From positions 115,328 to 179,327 of the forward strand of contig MFOC01000004.1 in NCBI GenBank assembly GCA_001782235.1: DNA of 64,000 bases. The letters run 5' to 3'. The notes under the pieces were generated by a model that saw only the letters and a list, made by a program, of their open reading frames with translations, was not told the origin of the DNA and made no database searches. Position numbers and translations under genes: made by a program. The DNA comes from Candidatus Levybacteria bacterium RIFCSPHIGHO2_02_FULL_40_18. GTDB lineage: Bacteria > Patescibacteriota > Microgenomatia > Levybacterales > GWA1-39-11. How positions within the stretch are numbered: the first letter of the stretch is position 1; the number at the start of each line of letters is the position of its first letter. This document shows positions 41,450 to 50,374 of this stretch, in pieces.

Positions 41450-42517
41450 TTAGCTTATTAGCTGATTAAAGGCTTCTTGTCGCAAGACGTAGGATCTTGC
41501 AACTTCAAGAGTGATTACACCCTCTTTTACAAGAGTTGCAAGTGTTGTTTCAAGAGGAATCATTCCTATATCCTGGGAAGTTTCTATTATAGAATCTATT
41601 AAATGAGTTTTTGCTTCGCGAATATTTGACTTGATTGCATTATTTGCAATCAATACTTCACATGCAACGATTCTCCCACCACTAATTTTGGGGATTAGCC
41701 GTTGAGAAACAATTCCTGCAAGGCTTGCAGAAAGTTGTGCTCTTATTTGGTTTTGTTGTTTTTCGGGAAATGAGTCTATGATTCTGTCTATAGTTTGGGA
41801 TGCGGAGTTTGTATGAAGCGTTGAAAAAACCAGATGCCCGGTTTCTGCCATTGTTATCGCAGATGCAACGCTTTCAGGATCTCTCATTTCGCCGATAAGA
41901 ATAACATCGGGGTCTTCTCGGAGGGCGGATCTAAGAGCCTCAGCCCATGATAGCGTATCCTGCCCAATTTCACGCTGGGAGATAATTGATTTCCCTTTTT
42001 GATAAACATATTCAATTGGATCCTCGATCGTTATAATATTTGCTTCATTCGCCATGTTTATTTCATTAATTATAGATGCAATAGTTGTAGATTTGCCGTG
42101 TCCTGTAGGGCCTGTGACCACGATAAAGCCCTGTTTCAGCTTTGCAAAATAGTGACAAATCTCTGGGAGAGAGAGATCTTCTATAGTTTTAACAGTTGGA
42201 GGCAGCAGCCTGAAAGCTGCGGCAATTGTTCCTCTTTGATAATAAATATTTATTCTAAATCTTCCTCTTTCTCCGTAGTCTCCCCCACCAAACCCATAGG
42301 AGAAATCAAGAGCCTTATTGTTCAAAAATAATTCCTTTTGTTCGGCAGTCAAAATTGAAAAAACCAAGCTTTCTATATCTTCTCTTGACAGTTCCGGATA
42401 GGTTGACATTGGAGATAACTTACCGTCCACTCTGATTGTCGGAACAACGCCCGCAACAAAATGTAAATCAGATGCGCCCGCAGCAATAGTTTTTTCAAAT
42501 AATTCCGTAATAGTCAT
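41450..42517 (-). CDS. pilT: type IV pilus retraction ATPase PilT
   Basis: MTITELFEKTIAAGASDLHFVAGVVPTIRVDGKL and Walker A GPTGHGKSTT. 355 aa. Confidence 0.8.
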   Translation of the reverse strand: MTITELFEKTIAAGASDLHFVAGVVPTIRVDGKLSPMSTYPELSREDIESLVFSILTAEQKELFLNNKALDFSYGFGGGDYGERGRFRINIYYQRGTIAAAFRLLPPTVKTIEDLSLPEICHYFAKLKQGFIVVTGPTGHGKSTTIASIINEINMANEANIITIEDPIEYVYQKGKSIISQREIGQDTLSWAEALRSALREDPDVILIGEMRDPESVASAITMAETGHLVFSTLHTNSASQTIDRIIDSFPEKQQNQIRAQLSASLAGIVSQRLIPKISGGRIVACEVLIANNAIKSNIREAKTHLIDSIIETSQDIGMIPLETTLATLVKEGVITLEVARSYVLRQEAFNQLIS

Positions 42518-42527
42518 ATCTAGTGAT

Positions 42528-42600
42528 CAAGACTAAAAGAATTAGTGATAAGTCAAGTTCAAATCTTAATCATTTTAGTCCTTTAGTCCTAAATTCTTAG
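42528..42600. repeat. dispersed AT-rich intergenic repeat, family B (gactaaag / tcattttagtcctttagtcc)
   Basis: Related copies at 2080-2145 and 57244-57310. Confidence 0.5.
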
Positions 42601-42604
42601 TGAG

Positions 42605-44362
42605 TTATTCTTGTGCAACTCTTAATATTTCGTCTATTGTTGAGATGCCTTCTAAGACCTTAAGATATCCATCCTGTTTCATAGTTATCATTCCCTCAGA
42701 TCTTGCCTGTTTTTCGATTCCCGAGGCATCAGACTTTGTCAATACGAGTTTTGCAACTGATTCGCTTACGGGCAAAACTTCAAAAATTCCTATTCGTCCC
42801 GAATACCCTGAATGTCCGCAATAATCACATCCTTCTCCTTTATAGAGCTTAACATCATCATCTGGGGTCGTCATAAGTTCTCCCAAAGTCTTGCGAAGCT
42901 CATTTACGAGTTCCCGAGGCGGCTTAGATTCACGCCTGCAGTGATTGCAGATTCTTCTGGCAATTCGCTGGCCAACTATGGCGTTCATTGTTGATGCGAG
43001 GAGAAAAGTCTCGGCCCCCATATCAAATAAACGAGGCAATGCTCCCGAGGCACTTGATGTATGAAGCGTTGAGAATACAAGATGCCCTGTAAGGGATGCC
43101 TGTATGGCAAGATCCGTAGTTTCTTTGTCCCGAATCTCTCCTACCAATATAATATTTGGATCCTGCCGAAGAAAAGCGCGAAGACCCGTTGCAAAAGTAA
43201 GTCCTACATCCGGATTTATTTGTACCTGATTTGTTCCTGCGATTTGATACTCGACAGGATCTTCCAGAGTCAAAATATTGACCCGCGTTGTATTAAGTTT
43301 TGAAAGAACCGAGTAAAGCGTGGTTGTTTTCCCTGAACCGGTTGGGCCGCAGACAATAATTATTCCATGGGGACGCAAGATTGATGCCTCAAGATTTCTC
43401 AGAGCGGTTCCTCGAAGGCCCAATTCCGGCAAAGTCGGCACTCCGCCCGATTTCTTAAGTAGTCTCATTACTATCTTTTCGCCAAAAGAAGTTGGAAGCG
43501 TTGATACACGAAGGTCCACCTCTTCATCTCCAAATTTAAAGTTAAATCTTCCATCCTGAGGAATGCGATGCTCGTCAATTTTCATATCTGACAAAATCTT
43601 AATCCTTGAAATTACTGCCTCCCTAACCTGATATGGCAAAGAGAGTCTTTCGTATAAGATTCCATCGATTCTGTATCTTACTCTCACGCGATCTTCCTGA
43701 GGTTCAAGATGAACATCTGATGCCTTGCTTTTTATTGCATATTCAAGAATTGTAGAAACAATTTTTGCAATAGGCGCTTCTTTAATAACTTGCGCCAAGC
43801 TCCTTTTGTCAAATGTTTTTACTCCTATCTGTTCTGTTTCGGCAAGCGCCTCTTTTACTTCTCCAACCAAACCGAACGTATACTGATTTTGAATGGCGGT
43901 TTTTATGTCCGCCGGTATTGCCTGAAAAGTTGAAATTATTGCACCGGTTTTTTGCTTTAGAAAATTAACCGTCTCAAGATCAAGAGGATCAGACATTGCG
44001 ACCGAAAGGGTATTCCTTTCCTTATCGTATGCAAAGGGTATGATTATAAACCTTTCAGCAACCGCCTTTGGGACAAAACTTAAAGCCTCGGGAGAAAAAG
44101 GTAGGGCGGCGATTGAGACATACGGAATGCCTATAAGTTTCGCGCGCGCTTCATAATATCTACCCTCGGTAACTACTTGTGAATCAAGAAGCGCGCGATC
44201 AATTGATACATTGCTATTCAAAGATTCTGTTCTAAGTTTATTGTATTGATCTTGCGTTATTAGTTTTTCTTCAAGCAATATTTGCGTAACGCTTCTCTCT
44301 TGCACCGACTGACCGTCTGTCGATCCCGCTGTCTGGCCTATTGGCATAGTTTGTCCATCCAT
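42605..44362 (-). CDS. pilB: type IV pilus assembly ATPase PilB (GspE family)
   Basis: N-terminal GSPII domain. Walker A CGPTGSGKTTTLYS. C-terminal tetracysteine motif CNHC...CDYCGHSGY. Confidence 0.8.
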   Translation of the reverse strand: MDGQTMPIGQTAGSTDGQSVQERSVTQILLEEKLITQDQYNKLRTESLNSNVSIDRALLDSQVVTEGRYYEARAKLIGIPYVSIAALPFSPEALSFVPKAVAERFIIIPFAYDKERNTLSVAMSDPLDLETVNFLKQKTGAIISTFQAIPADIKTAIQNQYTFGLVGEVKEALAETEQIGVKTFDKRSLAQVIKEAPIAKIVSTILEYAIKSKASDVHLEPQEDRVRVRYRIDGILYERLSLPYQVREAVISRIKILSDMKIDEHRIPQDGRFNFKFGDEEVDLRVSTLPTSFGEKIVMRLLKKSGGVPTLPELGLRGTALRNLEASILRPHGIIIVCGPTGSGKTTTLYSVLSKLNTTRVNILTLEDPVEYQIAGTNQVQINPDVGLTFATGLRAFLRQDPNIILVGEIRDKETTDLAIQASLTGHLVFSTLHTSSASGALPRLFDMGAETFLLASTMNAIVGQRIARRICNHCRRESKPPRELVNELRKTLGELMTTPDDDVKLYKGEGCDYCGHSGYSGRIGIFEVLPVSESVAKLVLTKSDASGIEKQARSEGMITMKQDGYLKVLEGISTIDEILRVAQE

Positions 44363-44503
44363 ACAAATAAATAGCTACATAGCTGAATAGTTACATAGTT
44401 CTAAAACCATTTTGACCATTTTAGCTATATAACTATTTCATATTTAATCGTATTAGATTTGTTGATATAATGTCAACCCTGTTGGAGACTTAAGAAAAAT
44501 AAT

Positions 44504-45202
44504 TTGGTAAAATTATTTTTCTCTTACCGTTATTGCAATTGTGTCTCTAACGGGGTCAATATGACTGGCTATGTTTTAATAGGCGATTTAGAGTCTAAAA
44601 ATAATTTTGTTGCAAACTTTATTAAAAAGGAAGACATTTCAAGCTACAATTTGTTTGATTATAAAGAGATATTAAAAATCCCAGAGGTGCGCGAAATCAA
44701 AAAGCTTCTTTCAAAAAAAGCCTTTTCGGGGAAGAGGCGGCTTTTTATAATTCGAGATGCGACTATTGCCGCGCAGAATGCCCTTCTTAAGACGTTAGAA
44801 GAATTACCCGAAGATACATACTTCATTTTTTTAGAAGAGACAATATTAATCCCAACCATACTTTCGAGAGTACGTTTATTAAAGTTTGAGAGGAAAAAAC
44901 CAAGAATAGATAGGGACCTTGAGACTATATTAGGAAATTTTATTAGCGGGAAAAAAGATCTATCCTCCGCTCTTCTATTGGCAGACAGATTATTCTCCCA
45001 AAATCCCAACTTAACACTTAATGATCTTACGCTCTGCTTAAGAGAAATTCTTTTCAAACAAATTAAACAAGGAGATTTAGAAAAAACTAATTTTGTCTTG
45101 AGATTTCTTAAGTCTTTATACCAGTACATTCCGCTTACCGATAGCAACAATTTAAATAAAAGACTTGCGCTTGAAAGGATTCTGCTTGAAATTGCCTCTT
45201 GA
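44504..45202 (+). CDS. holB: DNA polymerase III delta-prime subunit-like (clamp-loader AAA+ lid)
   Basis: ALLKTLEELPEDTYFIFLEETILIPTILSRV matches the delta-prime sensor region. The likely true start is the internal Met MTGYVLIGD. Confidence 0.6.
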   Translation: MVKLFFSYRYCNCVSNGVNMTGYVLIGDLESKNNFVANFIKKEDISSYNLFDYKEILKIPEVREIKKLLSKKAFSGKRRLFIIRDATIAAQNALLKTLEELPEDTYFIFLEETILIPTILSRVRLLKFERKKPRIDRDLETILGNFISGKKDLSSALLLADRLFSQNPNLTLNDLTLCLREILFKQIKQGDLEKTNFVLRFLKSLYQYIPLTDSNNLNKRLALERILLEIAS

Positions 45203-45245
45203 CAATGCTTTTGCTTTTTGTTTATGCTTTTAACAGAGTAAATTT

Positions 45246-45821
45246 ATGAAGTTATCTGCCCATCAAGCACTTCGGCGCGGCCTAGCCGTGAGCTTTTCGA
45301 AGGGGTTCACCCTCATTGAGCTTCTTGTAGTTATTGCAGTTATTGGAGTCCTAGCAGCAATTGTTCTTCTTGCGGTAAACCCGGGCGAACAACTCTCTCG
45401 AGGCCGCGATACCTCAAGAATCGCAGCGGTTACTCAACTTGGCCGTGCTCTTCAAGGCTATTACACGGCAAATAACGGCACTTTTCCAACGCAAGGAACC
45501 ACATGGATAACTACACTTGTTACCTCGGGCGATGTTAAGGTAGCGCCCGTTAATCCGGCATATTCAATTGCGCCTGTTGCCCCAATTTGTACCTATGCGT
45601 CTTATGCACAAGGCGGTACGGTGACAGGTTATTGCTATAGAGCTACGGCCACAGATGCCATTATCTTCGTTAAACTCGAATCGACCCTTTATGATGGAAA
45701 ATGTGTCGCAGGTGAAGATGTTTTCTACGCCTTCTCAACAGCAGACGCAAGAGCAGGTGGGGTCTGTAGAACTGCTGCAGCCGGAGAGCCTGCTGTCGGT
45801 ACGCAAACATTTGTCTTCTAA
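45246..45821 (+). CDS. pilA: type IV pilin (major pilin candidate)
   Basis: Class III signal SFSKG|FTLIELLVVIAVIGVLAAIV with Glu at +5. Confidence 0.75.
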   Translation: MKLSAHQALRRGLAVSFSKGFTLIELLVVIAVIGVLAAIVLLAVNPGEQLSRGRDTSRIAAVTQLGRALQGYYTANNGTFPTQGTTWITTLVTSGDVKVAPVNPAYSIAPVAPICTYASYAQGGTVTGYCYRATATDAIIFVKLESTLYDGKCVAGEDVFYAFSTADARAGGVCRTAAAGEPAVGTQTFVF

Positions 45822-45874
45822 AATCTTTCTCGGCCCAAGTTTACTTTGACTCCCTATTCGTCTAAAATTTTTAT

Positions 45875-46651
45875 ATGAGTTTATTTTTCTTGAGCCTTTT
45901 TGCTTTTGTTTTTGGTGCCTGCCTTGGGAGTTTTTTGGGTGTTTTAGTAGATCGTGCATCAACTGGGGAACAGGTACTACGCGGTCGGTCGAAATGCGAA
46001 CATTGCCGTAAGGTTCTCGAAACACGCGATCTTATACCTATAGTTTCCTATGTTTTACTCAAAGGCCGATGTCGCCATTGCAATTCAAAAATACCTCTTC
46101 GAGTATTACTGATAGAAGTAACAGGAGGCATGATTGCCTCCGGTCTTTTTTTGTATGCATATTTTACAGGTTTAAATATAATCGAGCTCATATTGCTTCT
46201 TGCGGTGTTCTTCTCGCTTGTTGGGATTTTTTTTGCGGATTTTTCTTACGGAATAATTCCGGATGAGTTTGTCGCTACGATTATTCTTTCAAGTCTATTT
46301 CTGTTAATTTCTTACCCCCAAAATCTTTTTCAAAACCTTATAGTAAATATTATTACTGGCTTTTTAGTATTTTCCTTTTTCCTTGTGATTTTTCTTTTAA
46401 CACGCGGGCGCGGAATGGGGTTTGGAGACGTAAAGCTTTCCTTTGCAATAGGATTATTTCTTGGATTTCCTAAAACTATAGTGGCTTTATATGTCGCATT
46501 CTTGACAGGAATGTTTATATCCATAATACTAGTATTACTGGGCAAAAAGAAATTAAGAGGTGATTCAATTGCTTTTGGGCCCTTTCTGGTCATAGGAGCC
46601 GTAATTGGATATTTTTTCGGAATCCAAATTCTGAACCTATTTTTTAAATGA
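45875..46651 (+). CDS. pilD: prepilin peptidase (A24 family)
   Basis: N-terminal Zn-binding CxxC...CxxC (CEHC...CRHC). Eight TM helices. Catalytic Asp pair region. Confidence 0.8.
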   Translation: MSLFFLSLFAFVFGACLGSFLGVLVDRASTGEQVLRGRSKCEHCRKVLETRDLIPIVSYVLLKGRCRHCNSKIPLRVLLIEVTGGMIASGLFLYAYFTGLNIIELILLLAVFFSLVGIFFADFSYGIIPDEFVATIILSSLFLLISYPQNLFQNLIVNIITGFLVFSFFLVIFLLTRGRGMGFGDVKLSFAIGLFLGFPKTIVALYVAFLTGMFISIILVLLGKKKLRGDSIAFGPFLVIGAVIGYFFGIQILNLFFK

Positions 46652-47211
46652 AGAAAAATTTCTTATTTCTTATTTCTCAATTCTCAATTACCAAAGGTTT
46701 TACCCTCATGGAACTTTTAACTGCAATGGGAATCTTGGGAATTTTAGCCTCCGGTCTTATTATTGCTATTAATCCTGTTGAACAGTTTAAAAAAAATCGC
46801 GATGCGCAAAGGAAAAATGATTTTGCGCAGCTTCAGCGGGCGCTTGAAACGTATTACAATGATTATGGACGTTATCCTCCAAGTTCCGGCAGTCCAAATT
46901 ACCGTATCAATGCGTCAGACTGTGGTGGATCACCATGCCAATGGGGAGGAAGCTTTGGTCCCTACATGAACAAACTGCCAAAAGATCCTGTTTCAACGCA
47001 GACATATAGGTATGTTGTTTCCGACTCAAATGGACAATCCTATAGAGTATATGCGAGCCTTGAGCGCAAAAACCTTGACCTGCAAGTATGTAATCCTGAC
47101 GGCAATCCGGCAACTGATGATCCTTGCGCAAATGTTCCGGTCGGCGTTACATGCGGCACTGCCACAAATGTGTGTAATTATGGAGCATCAAGCTCCAACG
47201 TGAGTCCCTAA
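46648..47211 (+). CDS. type IV pilin-like protein
   Basis: TKG|FTLMELLTAMGILGILA prepilin motif. Confidence 0.65.
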   Translation: MKKNFLFLISQFSITKGFTLMELLTAMGILGILASGLIIAINPVEQFKKNRDAQRKNDFAQLQRALETYYNDYGRYPPSSGSPNYRINASDCGGSPCQWGGSFGPYMNKLPKDPVSTQTYRYVVSDSNGQSYRVYASLERKNLDLQVCNPDGNPATDDPCANVPVGVTCGTATNVCNYGASSSNVSP

Positions 47212-47248
47212 TTTGTATAAAGTATAAAGTATTAAGTATTGTGTATAT

Positions 47249-47770
47249 ATGAAAAAAGAATCCAGAAAGGGGTTTACCCAGCACCATTTTCGCAATTTGA
47301 TAGAATACTGTAAAAATGGTGCTGGGTTTACTCTCGTTGAGCTTTTGGTTGTTATCGTAATTATCTCGGTTCTTGCTGGCCTATTAGTGTCGAATTTTAT
47401 AGGAGTACGCCTGCGTGGCCGCGACGCTCAGAGGAAAAGTGATCTTGCTCAGATACAATCGGCTCTTGAACTCTACCGCGCTGACAACGGCTACTATCCG
47501 GCAACGCTCTACTCAACCGCGTGTCCCACTTCAGGATCATTCTCATATAATTCGATCGTATATATGCGAAAAATTCCGTGTGACCCCCTTCAAAAAACAA
47601 ATTATACATATACGGCCGCTCCGGCTGGTTGTTCGACTGATTGTACAACCTATAGAATCTACGCTTGCCTTGAAAACACCAACGATTCTAACAAAGACGC
47701 CAATGACGGACAGGCAGGGGATCTTTGCACAAGTGCAGGAGTCGTATCCTACACGGTAATAAACCCCTGA
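47249..47770 (+). CDS. type IV pilin-like protein with an extended leader created by an in-frame palindromic insert
   Basis: MKKESRKGFT[QHHFRNLIEYCKNGAGFT]LVELLVVIVIIS. The GFT prepilin site is duplicated around the insert. Confidence 0.7.
   Translation: MKKESRKGFTQHHFRNLIEYCKNGAGFTLVELLVVIVIISVLAGLLVSNFIGVRLRGRDAQRKSDLAQIQSALELYRADNGYYPATLYSTACPTSGSFSYNSIVYMRKIPCDPLQKTNYTYTAAPAGCSTDCTTYRIYACLENTNDSNKDANDGQAGDLCTSAGVVSYTVINP
47272..47331 (+). repeat. in-frame palindromic insertion element (long form), CCAGCACCATTTT...AAAATGGTGCTGG, flanked by GTTTAC direct repeats
   Basis: 13-bp perfect inverted arms with a 22-nt loop. 54 nt including one GTTTAC copy, so frame is preserved. The same element sits in the neighbouring pilin gene. 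Confidence 0.65.
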
Positions 47771-47771
47771 A

Positions 47772-47806
47772 AAATGTCAAATGTCAAATGTCAAATGTCA
47801 AATGTA
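47772..47806 (+). repeat. tandem 7-bp repeat (AATGTCA)x4 spanning the start codon of the pilin gene at 47774
   Basis: atgtcaaatgtcaaatgtcaaatgtcaaatgta places ATG codons in all three frames. Confidence 0.7.
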
Positions 47807-48355
47807 CGGTCAAGAACAGGATTTACCCAGCACCATTTTCGCAATTTGATAGAATACTGTAAAAATGGTGCTGGGTTTACTCTCGTTGAGCTTTTGGTTG
47901 TTTTTTCTCTGATGTCAATCGTCTCAGGTCTTGGATTTGCCTCTTTTATGTCATACTCGAGAAGACAAGTAATTGTCCAGGCGGCTTCAAATTTTAAACA
48001 GACAATAGATCTTGCACGTTTTAATGCTCTCTCGCAGGTTAAGCCTGAAACATGTAGTTCAGGCGACGAGCTTTCAAATTTTAAGGTAAATATTTGCCTT
48101 AATGCAATTTGTCTAAACTCAGGCGTAGATTATGAAATGAATGTTACGTGCGCAGGGCTTGAGCAAGTATATGTTAAAAAAACATTGCCTCAAGGTGTTA
48201 CCTTCTCAAACGTTCCCGGGAACCCGGCGTGCGCAACTTTAACGTTTAATGCCCTTACAGGCGTTGCTCAAGGATTACCCTGTGAGATCTATATTAACGG
48301 ATATGGAAATCAAGTGATATTTTCAGTTGATAGCAATGGTCATGTATCATATTAA
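47774..48355 (+). CDS. type IV pilin-like protein with the same in-frame palindromic insert in its leader
   Basis: MSNVKCQMSNVRSRTGFT[QHHFRNLIEYCKNGAGFT]LVELLVVFSLMS. About 80 nt is identical to 47270-47350. Confidence 0.65.
   Translation: MSNVKCQMSNVRSRTGFTQHHFRNLIEYCKNGAGFTLVELLVVFSLMSIVSGLGFASFMSYSRRQVIVQAASNFKQTIDLARFNALSQVKPETCSSGDELSNFKVNICLNAICLNSGVDYEMNVTCAGLEQVYVKKTLPQGVTFSNVPGNPACATLTFNALTGVAQGLPCEIYINGYGNQVIFSVDSNGHVSY
47821..47880 (+). repeat. in-frame palindromic insertion element (long form), second copy, flanked by ATTTAC / GTTTAC
   Basis: Identical to the copy at 47272-47331 except for the left flank. Confidence 0.65.
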
Positions 48356-48848
48356 AAGCAAAAAGGGATTTCTAAACTCTGCTTGTGGCAAAAAGAGCGG
48401 GCAAACACTAGTTGAAGCAACAATTGCTTTGGCGTCAATTCTTCTGACGCTTGCCGCGATTGCAATTGCAATATCAACAAGCGTTAGCAACTCACAATTT
48501 ATTAAGTTGCAATCACAGGCTGCAAAATACGCACAAGATGGGATGGAGCAGCTTAGATATGAAAGAAATACAAGCCCTGCAAACTTCTTTGCAAGAAATG
48601 GGATTTACTGCATGAATGAAGACAGCTCTTTAACTCCCGGATCCTGTACTGCTGTTAATATTGCGAATACTTTTAAGCGCGAGGCGGAATTTACCCAACC
48701 CTCAAATGTTGCGTGTGGGAATAATACAAGGGTTGCCGTGAATGTTTATTGGTCGAGTGGAAAATGCGGCACAACAAACACTTTTTGTCATAAATCACAG
48801 CTTGCATCATGTTTTGCAAATCAAACTGGAACAAGTGACACTCTATGA
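48327..48848 (+). CDS. minor pilin / pseudopilin-like protein
   Basis: SG|QTLVEATIALASILLTLAAIA prepilin-like motif with Glu at +5. Confidence 0.5.
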   Translation: MIAMVMYHIKSKKGFLNSACGKKSGQTLVEATIALASILLTLAAIAIAISTSVSNSQFIKLQSQAAKYAQDGMEQLRYERNTSPANFFARNGIYCMNEDSSLTPGSCTAVNIANTFKREAEFTQPSNVACGNNTRVAVNVYWSSGKCGTTNTFCHKSQLASCFANQTGTSDTL

Positions 48849-49393
48849 AAAACCACTTACGTCTTATGTCTAATAAGGGCTATACAATTATCGAACTTCT
48901 AGCTGTGATATCAATCCTGGTAATAGTTGCAGGAATTATTTCAGGAATCATCTATTCGACTCTTCGTGGATCAAGTAAGACAAAAATAACCACGGAAGTT
49001 ACACAAAACGGAAGCTATGCAATTTCGGTTTTAACAAACCTGATATCCTCGTCAACTTCGGTGACCAAAATTGGAGGCGTAGATATTCAAGATTGTACGG
49101 CAAATCCCAACGGAGCATCGATATCTCTTGTGGATATAGATGGGGACGAAAAAATAATTTCATGCAGCGGCAATAATATCCTATCAGGATCAGCATCATT
49201 AATAAACACGAGTCAGGTACAAATAAAAACCAATAGCTGCAAGTTTACCTGCAGTCAGAAAGCAGCTGATCCCTATGCCGTGCCGATTGTGAGCGTAGAA
49301 TTTATAGTTGAAGACAAAAGCACAGGGCTTTTTGAAACAAAATCTTCTTCTCTTTTTAAAACCTCGGTTTCAATGCGCAACTACTCCCCCTAG
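48845..49393 (+). CDS. minor pilin-like protein
   Basis: NKG|YTIIELLAVISILVIVAGII prepilin motif with Glu at +5. Confidence 0.55.
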   Translation: MKNHLRLMSNKGYTIIELLAVISILVIVAGIISGIIYSTLRGSSKTKITTEVTQNGSYAISVLTNLISSSTSVTKIGGVDIQDCTANPNGASISLVDIDGDEKIISCSGNNILSGSASLINTSQVQIKTNSCKFTCSQKAADPYAVPIVSVEFIVEDKSTGLFETKSSSLFKTSVSMRNYSP

Positions 49394-49483
49394 CCCCGTT
49401 AGAAGTGTAATATGGGATCAGCTACGAAAAATAATTCCAGTAGGTATAATTAAACAGGTTTTTTGATATGAAAGACTTTTCTA

Positions 49484-50374
49484 TTGCTTTTGCATGTAAT
49501 AAACCTACGAATTATTTTTCTCAAACTTCTAACGGGGTTGACAGGCGTCTCGGATTTCTTCTATGATAGATATATGAAAAAGTTTAAGGGAGAAAAAGGG
49601 CAAATGCTTTTGGTGGTTGTATTGACTATGATCGTTGCGTTGACTGTTGGTCTTTCTGTTGTCTCGCGGACAATAACTAATCTTAGAATTTCAAGGCAAA
49701 GCGAAGAATCTCAGCGCGCGTTCCAAGCGGCGGAGGCAGGAATTGAAAGAACTCTCGAGTCGGGAGCGGGAGTACTAAGTCCCCAATCATTAGGAAACAA
49801 TGCGGAATTTACAACAGACATTAATAATCTATCCGGAAACGCTTTTGGACTTAATGGAGGTGAGATTATTGAGCAAGATATAGGAATAGATCTTTGGTTG
49901 TCAGACTATCCTAATTATTCGAATCAAATCTGTCCATCTTCCTGTACAATCTCTCTTCATTTTAATACTACCGAACAAAGTTGCAGTACAGGCAGCGGAA
50001 ACAACACGCGGGCGGGCCTTGAGGTGGTTGTTTTGTCAGGTAATCTTTCGAGCCCCACTCTTACTAAATACCTTTTTGATTCCTGCACGAGTAGAACTTT
50101 AGGAGCGGGAAATACGGGCAGCGGAACAACAATCGACGGCATAACTTATCAACATGGCGTTAGCATTCCTATTACAAATGGGATAATAGCAAGAGTTATC
50201 CCATTTTATAATTCCGTTAAAATCGGAGTGACGTCAAGCGCTGCCATTCCAGTTCAAGGTAGAATAATAGAATCTACTGGTCAATCAGGAGAAACAGTTC
50301 GTAAGGTTCAATATTTTTCATCACATGCGCAATTGCCGCTTGAAATTTTTCCCTATTCAATCATTTCACAATGA
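49484..50374 (+). CDS. hypothetical pilus-associated protein with N-terminal hydrophobic anchor
   Basis: The likely start is the internal MKKFKGEKGQMLLVVVLTMIVALTVGL. Sits between the pilin genes and pilM. Confidence 0.4.
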   Translation: MLLHVINLRIIFLKLLTGLTGVSDFFYDRYMKKFKGEKGQMLLVVVLTMIVALTVGLSVVSRTITNLRISRQSEESQRAFQAAEAGIERTLESGAGVLSPQSLGNNAEFTTDINNLSGNAFGLNGGEIIEQDIGIDLWLSDYPNYSNQICPSSCTISLHFNTTEQSCSTGSGNNTRAGLEVVVLSGNLSSPTLTKYLFDSCTSRTLGAGNTGSGTTIDGITYQHGVSIPITNGIIARVIPFYNSVKIGVTSSAAIPVQGRIIESTGQSGETVRKVQYFSSHAQLPLEIFPYSIISQ

